Source: Rickettsiales bacterium
GTDB lineage: Bacteria > Pseudomonadota > Alphaproteobacteria > Rickettsiales > SXRF01
Assembly (NCBI GenBank): GCA_005792635.1
Contig: SXRF01000091.1
Span: 1-48,865 of the forward strand
Length of the DNA stretch: 48,865 nucleotides
Reading direction: 5' to 3'
Both the position numbers and the translations under genes were made by a program. Below, piece after piece: positions 1 through 7,154 of the stretch. The notes below the pieces were generated by a model. The model worked only from the letters and a program-made list of their open reading frames with translations, did not search any database and was not told the origin of the DNA. The stretch's first letter is position 1; every line of letters starts with the position of its first letter.

Positions 1-1014
1 ACAAATAATCAAATCAAACTCACCAAAGCCGTTTTTAATCAGCTCTTTTTGAGCGTTGGCAATAACCTCAATAGATTGGTAAGTGGAAAAAACTACAGTC
101 ATTCCGCTATTGCCATTGCTTTTTATTCTCTGGAATTGGTGCAAAATATCTTTGGTATTGGTGGAAGCTGGCAACGCCAAATCAACCACGCTGAAACCAT
201 CGCTATCATCATTTTTGGTTTTCTTTTTGGAAATTTCAGGGTCAGAACAAATGCAAATGGCATTGATTGGCTCGTTAGCGTCTGATGACCATTCACGCAA
301 AGTTTGCCCCAATAACGCAATAGATGGCACTAAAAACAAAACAAGTCCTTTACCACCAGTTTCATTTTCGGCAATGCGGAGCGAATTAAATGTTTTTCCA
401 GTTCCGCACGCCATAATTAGCTTGCCTCTATCTGCAATCTTAAAATGTTCGTGGGTTTTTTCTAATGATTCTTTTTGATGCGCTCGCAGCGTTTTCTTTG
501 GATTTCGTGAGGCTTCACCATGAACCCCATTATCCAACTTTTCCCAATCAACAGGGGCAGCTTGTAAATCTGATAGATTTATTCTTTGCACTGGTGGGTG
601 CTGGTTTCTAATTGCTTCCTCTGCATTGCCACCCCATTTATCAGTGGTGGAAATCCAAAGGCGATTGGAAAATCTAGATGTTTTTAATTCTTCGTTCCTA
701 AATTCTCGGCTGGAAGTGGATAGAAAACTATCAACAGCAGGTTTATCAATGCTGGAAGTTTCCAGAAAACATTTACACTGTATTGCCCAATAATCACCAT
801 CATAAGTGCGAGCAACTAAATCAATACCAGTATCACCACCACCCAAATCATCTTTTCCATGAAATTCGCTCCACAACCAAACATTTTTTAGCTTATTGGC
901 ATAAATAGGGTCAGTGAGTAAATAAGCCTGCATCAGTCTTTCAAAGCGGTTGCCTTTATCACGCTCTGAAAATGAGATTTTACGATATTTTTCTAGGATT
1001 TTATTGAAACTCAT
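1..1014 (-). CDS. Type ISP restriction-modification enzyme (Mrr-like nuclease + SF2 helicase N-terminal part), runs off the window edge
   Basis: Not in ORF track; read manually from ATG at 1014: MSFNKILEKYRKISFSERDKGNRFERLMQAYL...DTGIDLVART...YWAIQCKC (Mrr-type PD-QxK nuclease motif), Walker A RGKLIMACGTGKTF near 390-430, and FDLIIC (just before Walker B) at base 1. Matches LlaGI/LlaBIII-type architecture; MTase/TRD part would be outside the window. Confidence 0.85.
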   Translation of the reverse strand, partial: MSFNKILEKYRKISFSERDKGNRFERLMQAYLLTDPIYANKLKNVWLWSEFHGKDDLGGGDTGIDLVARTYDGDYWAIQCKCFLETSSIDKPAVDSFLSTSSREFRNEELKTSRFSNRLWISTTDKWGGNAEEAIRNQHPPVQRINLSDLQAAPVDWEKLDNGVHGEASRNPKKTLRAHQKESLEKTHEHFKIADRGKLIMACGTGKTFNSLRIAENETGGKGLVLFLVPSIALLGQTLREWSSDANEPINAICICSDPEISKKKTKNDDSDGFSVVDLALPASTNTKDILHQFQRIKSNGNSGMTVVFSTYQSIEVIANAQKELIKNGFGEFDLIIC

Positions 1015-1217
1015 TTGCTGCCTTGTGTAATTTATATTTAAATATCATTTATAGATGGCAAAACTCTATTCTCTGCATTGTTAAATGGCAATAGATATGC
1101 TGTAGCAAACTGTAATTCTATTGTGCAATACAGCCAAAATATATAAAGGGGTGTAAAAAACCACACTTTTCAATAATCAACATTTACAGGATATTACAAA
1201 ACAAGAAGTGTAAAAAA

Positions 1218-1748
1218 CTATACCTTGTTAGTGGTAGATTTTACACCTGTTGAGTGGAGGTTTCTACAATCAGAATTAAAATTTAAGCGTTTTACTTTTT
1301 TGTTTTTCAGTTTCTCAATCTCCGCATCTGTTATCATTCGCCAATCATTACTAGGCTCACTATACATTTTAACACCTTTCTCATTGTGAAAACTATGTGG
1401 CAAAAAAGTTAGCTTGAAACAGGTGCAATAATTCTTGTTTCTGGCTTGCCTGCCTTTGCGTTCTGCAATCACCAACCCTAGATTTTCAGCTTCCTGTATG
1501 GTTTTGTTAATGCAATTTCTGGCAATGCCGAATTGTTCAAGCTGATTGTATGTAGCAAGCAAATTGCCATTTTCCATGCCTTTATGTGCCATGTGTTCTA
1601 ACATCAAAAAATCCAGTAATTTACTGCATGATATTGACTTCGCTCGCCAAGATGGCGAATTCATCAATTCAAAAGTTATTTGCACAAATGGTTCGTCCTT
1701 TGGCACGGCACTCACTTGTGCTAATAATGTGCTGGTTTTTTTACTCAT
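1218..1748 (-). CDS. Winged-helix DNA-binding protein, possible island replication protein
   Basis: 176 aa; NGNLLATYNQLEQFGIARNCINKTIQEAENLGLV wHTH-like pattern typical of small integrative elements. Confidence 0.5.
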   Translation of the reverse strand: MSKKTSTLLAQVSAVPKDEPFVQITFELMNSPSWRAKSISCSKLLDFLMLEHMAHKGMENGNLLATYNQLEQFGIARNCINKTIQEAENLGLVIAERKGRQARNKNYCTCFKLTFLPHSFHNEKGVKMYSEPSNDWRMITDAEIEKLKNKKVKRLNFNSDCRNLHSTGVKSTTNKV

Positions 1749-1806
1749 TTTGAAAATCCAAATAAATTAGGTGGGGTAGTGTTGACCACCCCACTAATGG
1801 TTTTTG

Positions 1807-2013
1807 CTAATTACTGGATTTTAGGTTTTGGTTTTCCAACCATTGCAAAAAAGAATTTTCTGAAATTAGGATTTTCTTGCCAACTCGGCGCAAGCATTTT
1901 GAAAAACCATTTTTATCAGAAAATATCCACGAGCGAACCCCACCTTGCGGAAAGGCAGGGTATTTTTCAGAAAGCTGTTTTACTGTTAAGTAAATTGTTC
2001 GTTGTGTAGTCAT
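1807..2013 (-). CDS. Excisionase/AlpA-like DNA-binding protein
   Basis: 68 aa basic protein; YLTVKQL...VRSW...RRVGKKILI...FLQWL MerR/Xis-type pattern; lies downstream of integrase. Confidence 0.7.
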   Translation of the reverse strand: MTTQRTIYLTVKQLSEKYPAFPQGGVRSWIFSDKNGFSKCLRRVGKKILISENSFLQWLENQNLKSSN

Positions 2014-2130
2014 TTGCGTTATTCCTTATTGTTAAACAAATACCAAGCGTTCTTGGTAATAAGAAATATGACGCTACAATTATCATTAAAAACAATAATG
2101 TTTATTTAATGATAATAATGTTTGTAGGGA

Positions 2131-3063
2131 TTAAAGCCTCTTTCCTAAAAACATTTTTTTAGGAATTATATTTTTAATAGCCTCTATAGTGTATGTTTCT
2201 CCTATATTTCCAGCGTATTGTCGTAAGTAAGTTAACTCATCATCCCATTTAGAATGCAATAAATTTTCTTTTGCTCGCCTATCAAATTCTTTGAGAATTT
2301 CTGTTTTGCATCCACGCTTGTTTTTTGGATTGGGCATTAATTTCTCATATCCCATTATTTGCATCAGTAAGGTAGGGAATTTATAATTTCTAATTTCAGC
2401 CCATTTTATTATATCATCAGGCTTAAATCTTCTTTCAATATGAGAATGACAATCAACCTCTATATAATCTATTGCCTTGTTCATTATGCTTTGTTTTAGT
2501 TCTGAAATTATTTCTTTAGTTGAATAACAATCATGCGGTAATGCACATTTCATTAAATCATAGCTCTCATAAGTAGCTCTTCTACACAGCAAGGCAACCA
2601 CATCGTCAAATGCCCATGCTTCTTTATAAGCCCATTTAGTGTAATACTGGTATATCTTACTGTTATTCGTAGGAGTTATATCTATATTGTTCTTTTTTAG
2701 ATAACCCCATATTGCCACAGATTTTAATATCCCCTCATCTACAAACCATTTTATCCAATCAAGTGGTTTTTCTAAGGATTTATTATTCACTTCGTATCTA
2801 TGACTATAATTTTCTAGCACTTCATTTATGAAGTCTGATTTTGTATAAACATCTATATTATAACAACCTGTTGTGCATATAGGAATAAACTGGTCAATGT
2901 AGAATCCATCGCACCATTTGTAATCTTGGAATTTATCATTAGGGCAAATATCACACAGTAACAAAGCAGCTTGCTTAAAATCCCATTTGGGTTGCAGAAA
3001 CCAATAGTTATAATCTATGCCTGTGTTTTCTGTTAGTGCGTATTTTTGTTCACCAAATATCAT
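2131..3063 (-). CDS. Hypothetical protein with two internal repeats, coupled to island integrase
   Basis: 310 aa, AT-rich; ATGA overlap with integrase stop; repeated W-x5-W-x6-LLC motif. Confidence 0.7.
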   Translation of the reverse strand: MIFGEQKYALTENTGIDYNYWFLQPKWDFKQAALLLCDICPNDKFQDYKWCDGFYIDQFIPICTTGCYNIDVYTKSDFINEVLENYSHRYEVNNKSLEKPLDWIKWFVDEGILKSVAIWGYLKKNNIDITPTNNSKIYQYYTKWAYKEAWAFDDVVALLCRRATYESYDLMKCALPHDCYSTKEIISELKQSIMNKAIDYIEVDCHSHIERRFKPDDIIKWAEIRNYKFPTLLMQIMGYEKLMPNPKNKRGCKTEILKEFDRRAKENLLHSKWDDELTYLRQYAGNIGETYTIEAIKNIIPKKMFLGKRL

Positions 3064-4127
3064 CCAAAAATCCTTTCATTCATGCTGGCTACAACCTTGC
3101 TAGTGTGGGCTTCGGAAAGGTGGGCGTAGCGTTTCACCATTTGCAGGGTTTTATGCCCTAAAACCTCCGCTATTTCGGCAAGGCTTGCGCCATTCATAGC
3201 AAGATAACTCGCTGCACTGTGGCGTAAATCATGGAAACGAAAATCTTTTATTTCTGCCTTTTCCAGTGCGTCATTCCATGGTTTGCGTATGTCAAAATGT
3301 TGTTCTTTTATATTGGTGTTGGCATGAGGGAATAACAGGTTGGTATCAATACGGCGGATTTTGCTTAACTTCTTTATTTCTTCAAGTGCAAGCCCTGCCA
3401 GTGGCACTCTTCGGCGTTCACCATTTTTGGTTTCATGCAAAATAATATATTGCTTATCTAGATTTATATCATCCCAGCTTATGCCCAGTATTTCACCTTG
3501 TCGCATACCAGTGGATAATGCCAAAACTACTACAGGATATAGATATTCGGAGGATGATTCTTGGCAAACAGTTAGTAATGCTTTGCGTTCATCATCTGAT
3601 AGGAAGCGAACCCGCCCCCTTGGTTCTTTTGATTTTGACACTTTCCGCATGGGGCTATCTTCAAGCCAACCCCACTCATTGGTTGCGATAGTGAAAGCGT
3701 GACTGATTGCAGCTAGATAACGATTAACTGTTGCTGGCGAGTATTTTTTATTAAATCTGGTTTTTTCTTTGGCTAGCTTATCCCGATATTCAGCAATTAG
3801 GGCAGGGGTTATATCCACAAGAAAGTAATCACCTATTGCTTCTTTCCACCAATTAAGCTGGCTGGATTGCTTGTCTTTGCTTTTTGGCTTCGCTGGCAAA
3901 ACATCATCAATATAGCGTTCAATCAATTCTTTTAGTGTTCGCTTCTTTGATTCTGTGTTTTTGAAATAACGCCTATCCTTTATTGCGCCCTCCGTTATTT
4001 TCGCCCAGTCTTTAGCATCCGTAATGCGTGAAAAAGTAGCTGTTTGAGTTGGAAAGCCCTTGATGCGGATTTTTACCCGATAGGATATTTTACCATCTGG
4101 TGCTGTGCGTTTTTCTATATTTGCCAT
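3060..4127 (-). CDS. Tyrosine integrase of the island (Rci/HP1-like family)
   Basis: Catalytic R (LSTGMRQGEI), K (ETKN), HDLRH, LGH, Y (KRYAH); N-terminal arm-binding domain. Confidence 0.95.
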   Translation of the reverse strand: MANIEKRTAPDGKISYRVKIRIKGFPTQTATFSRITDAKDWAKITEGAIKDRRYFKNTESKKRTLKELIERYIDDVLPAKPKSKDKQSSQLNWWKEAIGDYFLVDITPALIAEYRDKLAKEKTRFNKKYSPATVNRYLAAISHAFTIATNEWGWLEDSPMRKVSKSKEPRGRVRFLSDDERKALLTVCQESSSEYLYPVVVLALSTGMRQGEILGISWDDINLDKQYIILHETKNGERRRVPLAGLALEEIKKLSKIRRIDTNLLFPHANTNIKEQHFDIRKPWNDALEKAEIKDFRFHDLRHSAASYLAMNGASLAEIAEVLGHKTLQMVKRYAHLSEAHTSKVVASMNERIFG

Positions 4128-4260
4128 AAATTGCCCCTCTTAATTGCTGAAGTGAAGCTACAACAACCAGCAATAAATAGCAATAGGTGATAAGTAATCC
4201 CATGAATATATTTTGTAATCACCTGTAATATATAAAGTAAATTACTATATTATTGTTCTG

Positions 4261-4365
4261 TGGGGCAGTTATGGGGCAAAACTATTTCAAAAGGGCAGTT
4301 TCGGTTGGTTCTATAATTGTCAATTATCGTGGATTGTTTTTAATTATTGCCCCACCAGTGCCCCA
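4261..4365. repeat. Putative integrase arm-type sites of the island
   Basis: TGGGGCA at 4261 and 4272; inverted TGCCCCA at 4348 and 4359; each pair 11 bp apart, between integrase and att core. Confidence 0.6.
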
Positions 4366-4413
4366 GAAGGGGTTAAATAATAGGGAGTTTAACTCATAAC
4401 CAATTGAAAAATA

Positions 4414-4458
4414 TGGTGGCTCGGGGGTGATTTGAACACCCGACCAAGGGATTATGAT
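4414..4458 (-). repeat. att site: displaced 3' half of tRNA-Met (junction between island and prophage)
   Basis: 42/45 identical to 42038-42082; identity ends at the 5' edge of the anticodon loop. Confidence 0.95.
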
Positions 4459-4515
4459 AGGGTGAAATTGCACCGCATTTTATGCTTGTAAAGTAAATTG
4501 TTACAAAGTGCAAGC

Positions 4516-4587
4516 TGTACTATAAAATGAGAAAAATAAAAATTTTAACTGCTTGAATTTTATAAACATTGATTTTCATTATAGTAC
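4516..4587. repeat. Putative prophage integrase arm-type sites (TATAGTAC)
   Basis: TGTACTATA 4516-4524 and TATAGTAC 4580-4587; the same motif occurs at the other prophage end (TATAGTACA 41974-41982, TATTGGTACA 41992-42001). Confidence 0.55.
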
Positions 4588-4655
4588 GGATTTTAGAGCT
4601 AAATAAATATAAAGCATGTTCAAAATAGGTGTAAAATTGGATGTGTTTTAGCTGC

Positions 4656-4684
4656 TTGCAATTACCCCCGCCAACAGCTACTCT
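4656..4684 (+). promoter_or_regulatory. sigma70-type promoter for the C4-like RNA
   Basis: TTGCAA-17 bp-TACTCT, ending 6 nt before the first hairpin of the structured RNA. Confidence 0.65.
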
Positions 4685-4690
4685 TATAGC

Positions 4691-4845
4691 AAGGTTTAGT
4701 CACCTTACATAAAGCGTTTGGCATCCGCGACATGGATGCCGTCTTTGGTTTTACGACCAGATGGCGGTGTTATGTCCAATGTTAAACCATTTGGGGAAAC
4801 TAAAAGCATCGCAGCTGTCTTTATGCAGTTGACTAAACATCTGGT
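4691..4845 (+). ncRNA. C4-like antisense RNA with upstream a1/b1 sites
   Basis: a1 hairpin AAGGT-ttagtc-ACCTT (4691-4706), b1 CATAAAG (4708-4714). Three-way junction: CCAATGTT/AACATCTGG (4776-4783/4836-4844), TTTGG-ggaaa-CTAAA, CAGCTG-tctttatg-CAGTTG. Exposed b' CTTTATG (4819-4825) and a' TGACTAAAC (4830-4838) are complementary to b1/a1, as in P1/P7 C4 RNA. Confidence 0.75.
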
Positions 4846-4853
4846 CACCACCA

Positions 4854-5675
4854 TTACAGAAAAGTCGGCTGTCGGCGTGTAAGTAGTTGGTTTGAAATAA
4901 GCAACTCCTCAAATTTCTGATTTTTTCCTATTCCATAGTTGGTGCTAACTTCTTCCATACAAAAATCGGCAAAAATTTCGCGCACTTGCGGTTTATCGTT
5001 TAGCGATAGTATGAATTTGCCACTGATTTTTGTTAATTGCTCGGCTAATTTCACGAAATCTTCGCGCTCAAACATATTTTTGCCGTAATCATCCTCGCAG
5101 CCATAATATGGCGGATCTAGATAGAACAGCGTGTCCGCGCCGTCATAACGCGTGATAAAATCGCTGTAGTGCAAATTTTCAATGGTAACTTCGGCAAGCC
5201 GTTCGTGGAGTTTTTCAATATGGGTTCGCAACTGGCGAATGTTAAAGCGGGATTTTCCAGTCCTATCTACGGCAAAAGAGGTGCTGCCAACTTTTCCGCT
5301 AAAGCCACAATGCTGGAGATAATAAAACCGTGCAGCGCGTTGAATATCGGTGAGGGTTTCTGGTGGAGTATTGAGGAAGGTGTTGAAAATCCTCCGTCCC
5401 GCCAGCGAAAAACGAAGTTCATCCAGCAATGCGCGGTAATGTCGCTGAATTATTCGGAAAAAGTTCACAACCTCCCCAGAATAATCATTGATAACTTCGC
5501 ATGGAGCAGCCGAACGACGGCGAAGAAATAGCCCACCCATGCCTATAAATGGCTCGGCATAACATTGATGTGGGATAGGTTCGATGCGCTCAATAATGCG
5601 CTCGGCTAGGTTTTTCTTGCCACCGAGATATGGTGCAGCACCAGAAAGTGGGGCAACAGGCTTGTGATTATCCAT
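4854..5675 (-). CDS. DNA adenine methyltransferase (D12 class, Dam-like)
   Basis: YLGGK, EPFIGMG (motif I), INDY, YLDPPY (motif IV); orphan MTase at the end of the late operon. Confidence 0.95.
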   Translation of the reverse strand: MDNHKPVAPLSGAAPYLGGKKNLAERIIERIEPIPHQCYAEPFIGMGGLFLRRRSAAPCEVINDYSGEVVNFFRIIQRHYRALLDELRFSLAGRRIFNTFLNTPPETLTDIQRAARFYYLQHCGFSGKVGSTSFAVDRTGKSRFNIRQLRTHIEKLHERLAEVTIENLHYSDFITRYDGADTLFYLDPPYYGCEDDYGKNMFEREDFVKLAEQLTKISGKFILSLNDKPQVREIFADFCMEEVSTNYGIGKNQKFEELLISNQLLTRRQPTFL

Positions 5676-5689
5676 AAAAACGCTCCATC

Positions 5690-5746
5690 AAAAATAAACG
5701 CGCCGTATCGTGGCTGGAAAACGCTTTATGGCGGCTGACTAAAGCC
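5690..5746 (-). promoter_or_regulatory. a2/b2 target of the C4-like RNA in the MTase leader, followed by a small hairpin and U-rich run
   Basis: Minus strand reads GGCT-ttagtc-AGCC-gc-CATAAAGCGTTT...GCC-acgatac-GGC-gcg-TTTATTTTT; same loop and b box as a1/b1 at 4691-4719. Confidence 0.7.
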
Positions 5747-6003
5747 TATTTGCAATGCTTATCAATTTCTTGTTGTTGGGTGGCTATTTTGTCTAGGTAA
5801 TCATGCACTGCATCGGAGAAATTTCCGCCGCGCACCCAGTCTTTCACTGATTTTTCCGCGTGGATGCGCGGTGGGCAGTAACCAGAATTTTGCGGCTGCT
5901 CACAACTGGTCAGCGAGATCAGCAAGATTACGCCGAGGCTTGGTAAAAGCTTGCGCTGTTTCTTTGCTATCTGCCAACTGCTTCTTAAGTTTTTCATTTT
6001 CAT
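5746..6003 (-). CDS. o-spanin (Rz1-like lipoprotein)
   Basis: Hydrophobic stretch plus lipobox LTSC; CPP motif; overlaps i-spanin downstream of endolysin; start uncertain. Confidence 0.7.
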   Translation of the reverse strand: MKMKNLRSSWQIAKKQRKLLPSLGVILLISLTSCEQPQNSGYCPPRIHAEKSVKDWVRGGNFSDAVHDYLDKIATQQQEIDKHCK

Positions 6004-6124
6004 AGCGTAATAGCTCCGCTTCTGCTGCCTTTGCTGATAGTTGGCTTAAATATCGCCAGAGGGCGAAGGCGCAAGCAACTGCGCCAACGCCTAAACCCCC
6101 AGCAACTAAGATTAGCCAGCTCAT
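5900..6124 (-). CDS. i-spanin (Rz-like)
   Basis: N-terminal TM helix plus coiled coil; in lysis cassette. Confidence 0.7.
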   Translation of the reverse strand: MSWLILVAGGLGVGAVACAFALWRYLSQLSAKAAEAELLRYENEKLKKQLADSKETAQAFTKPRRNLADLADQL

Positions 6125-6300
6125 TTAGATTGCCCAACTGGTGTTGTTGTGTAAAACCGCAACACCAAGTTGATAATGCTCACACCAAGAGCATAACCTG
6201 CCGCTGCATTTCCTGTTAGCCCCAAATCCGCGCCGCTTGCTTCCAAAACAGGCGCAATAGCCGCCAATATATTGAACAAAACTGTTTTCCAGCCCTTCAT
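6121..6300 (-). CDS. Putative holin, 59 aa
   Basis: Read manually: MKGWKTVLFNILAAIAPVLEA...AGYALGVSIINLVLRFYTTTPVGQSK; two hydrophobic segments; AAGGAG RBS; ATGA overlap with i-spanin. Confidence 0.65.
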   Translation of the reverse strand: MKGWKTVLFNILAAIAPVLEASGADLGLTGNAAAGYALGVSIINLVLRFYTTTPVGQSK

Positions 6301-6313
6301 AAAACTCTCCTTT

Positions 6314-6778
6314 TTAGGTTGTGATTAATCCGCCCTTGGAATCCAGTCCGAGAACGGTCTTGTAAGCGAACACGGGGCATGTTTTGTGAGGATTTACCTC
6401 GCAATGCCCGTGGAAAGTCGCTTTTGGTATCGCCGCGTGGATGGCTTGTGCTAGCCAGCGCAGTGAAATAAATTGTGCTTTGGTAAATTGGCTTAACCCA
6501 GCACAGCAAATAGCGATGGTGGCGGTGTTGTTTCCTTCTTGCGCGGCTGGTGTGCGCTCAATGTTCCGCCCGCGCTGAATAGTGCCGTCAAATTTTATGA
6601 AAAAATGATAGCCAACATCATTAAATCCTCGTTCTAAATGCCACTGGCGGATCACGAAAATATCATCATGTTTTGGGTTATCACTTGCCGAACAGTGGAT
6701 AAATATTCGCTTTATAAGTCGTTTAGGCGCGACAAATTCCGCTGATGACAAAACGCCGCCCGCCTGAGTTTTGCTCAT
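6314..6778 (-). CDS. Endolysin, N-acetylmuramoyl-L-alanine amidase (Amidase_2, T7-lysozyme-like)
   Basis: IFIHCSA, WHLERGFNDVGYHF, GH, KTCP zinc-amidase motifs. Confidence 0.92.
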   Translation of the reverse strand: MSKTQAGGVLSSAEFVAPKRLIKRIFIHCSASDNPKHDDIFVIRQWHLERGFNDVGYHFFIKFDGTIQRGRNIERTPAAQEGNNTATIAICCAGLSQFTKAQFISLRWLAQAIHAAIPKATFHGHCEVNPHKTCPVFAYKTVLGLDSKGGLITT

Positions 6779-6836
6779 AAATCCCCCTATGATATGGTGC
6801 TTTCCGTTATCAGGAAAAACCGCTTAAATTTTTGCG

Positions 6837-7136
6837 TTATTTTATGAAAGCTCGTTGCAGCTCATGCCAAACGGCAAGCCCAATTCCCAATATTGCTGAC
6901 CAAACGAGTGCAGAGATAGTTTTTTCCTGTATCGCCATACGCAATTTTTTGATTTCCGCAGTGCGTTCAATAATTGCATCGTGATAGCGGCAATGTCCCT
7001 CGTGGTCACCAGCTGGAAAAGACTTGCTGAATTTCTTTGATAATTCGTTATGGTCTTCTTGAATCTTTTCAATTACAGGTATCAGTTGCTCACCACCTAA
7101 TTTCCGTGCCGCGTTATGCCAATTTTCATTATTCAT
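6837..7136 (-). CDS. Lysis-region membrane protein (holin/antiholin candidate)
   Basis: 99 aa, single C-terminal TM helix, directly upstream of endolysin. Confidence 0.5.
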   Translation of the reverse strand: MNNENWHNAARKLGGEQLIPVIEKIQEDHNELSKKFSKSFPAGDHEGHCRYHDAIIERTAEIKKLRMAIQEKTISALVWSAILGIGLAVWHELQRAFIK

Positions 7137-7154
7137 TTTATGCCTTTTTGATTT

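Larger units (their letters stand above)
1..4458. mobile_element. Integrative genomic island (integrase, excisionase-like, wHTH, Type ISP R-M) in tandem at tRNA-Met; left end outside window
   Basis: Tyrosine integrase next to a tRNA 3'-half copy, arm-type repeats, excisionase-like gene, AT-rich composition and defence cargo. Confidence 0.8.

Noticed and set aside
49-478. Short ORFs 49-285, 83-478 and 123-320
   Set aside because: Shadows of the Type ISP gene (1014 to edge), which has clear motifs.
4414-4458. Second tRNA gene
   Set aside because: Only the 3' half is present; it is the att duplication.
1-4458. P4-like or PICI satellite assignment
   Set aside because: No primase-helicase, Sid/Psu, small terminase or capsid gene visible; element is truncated.
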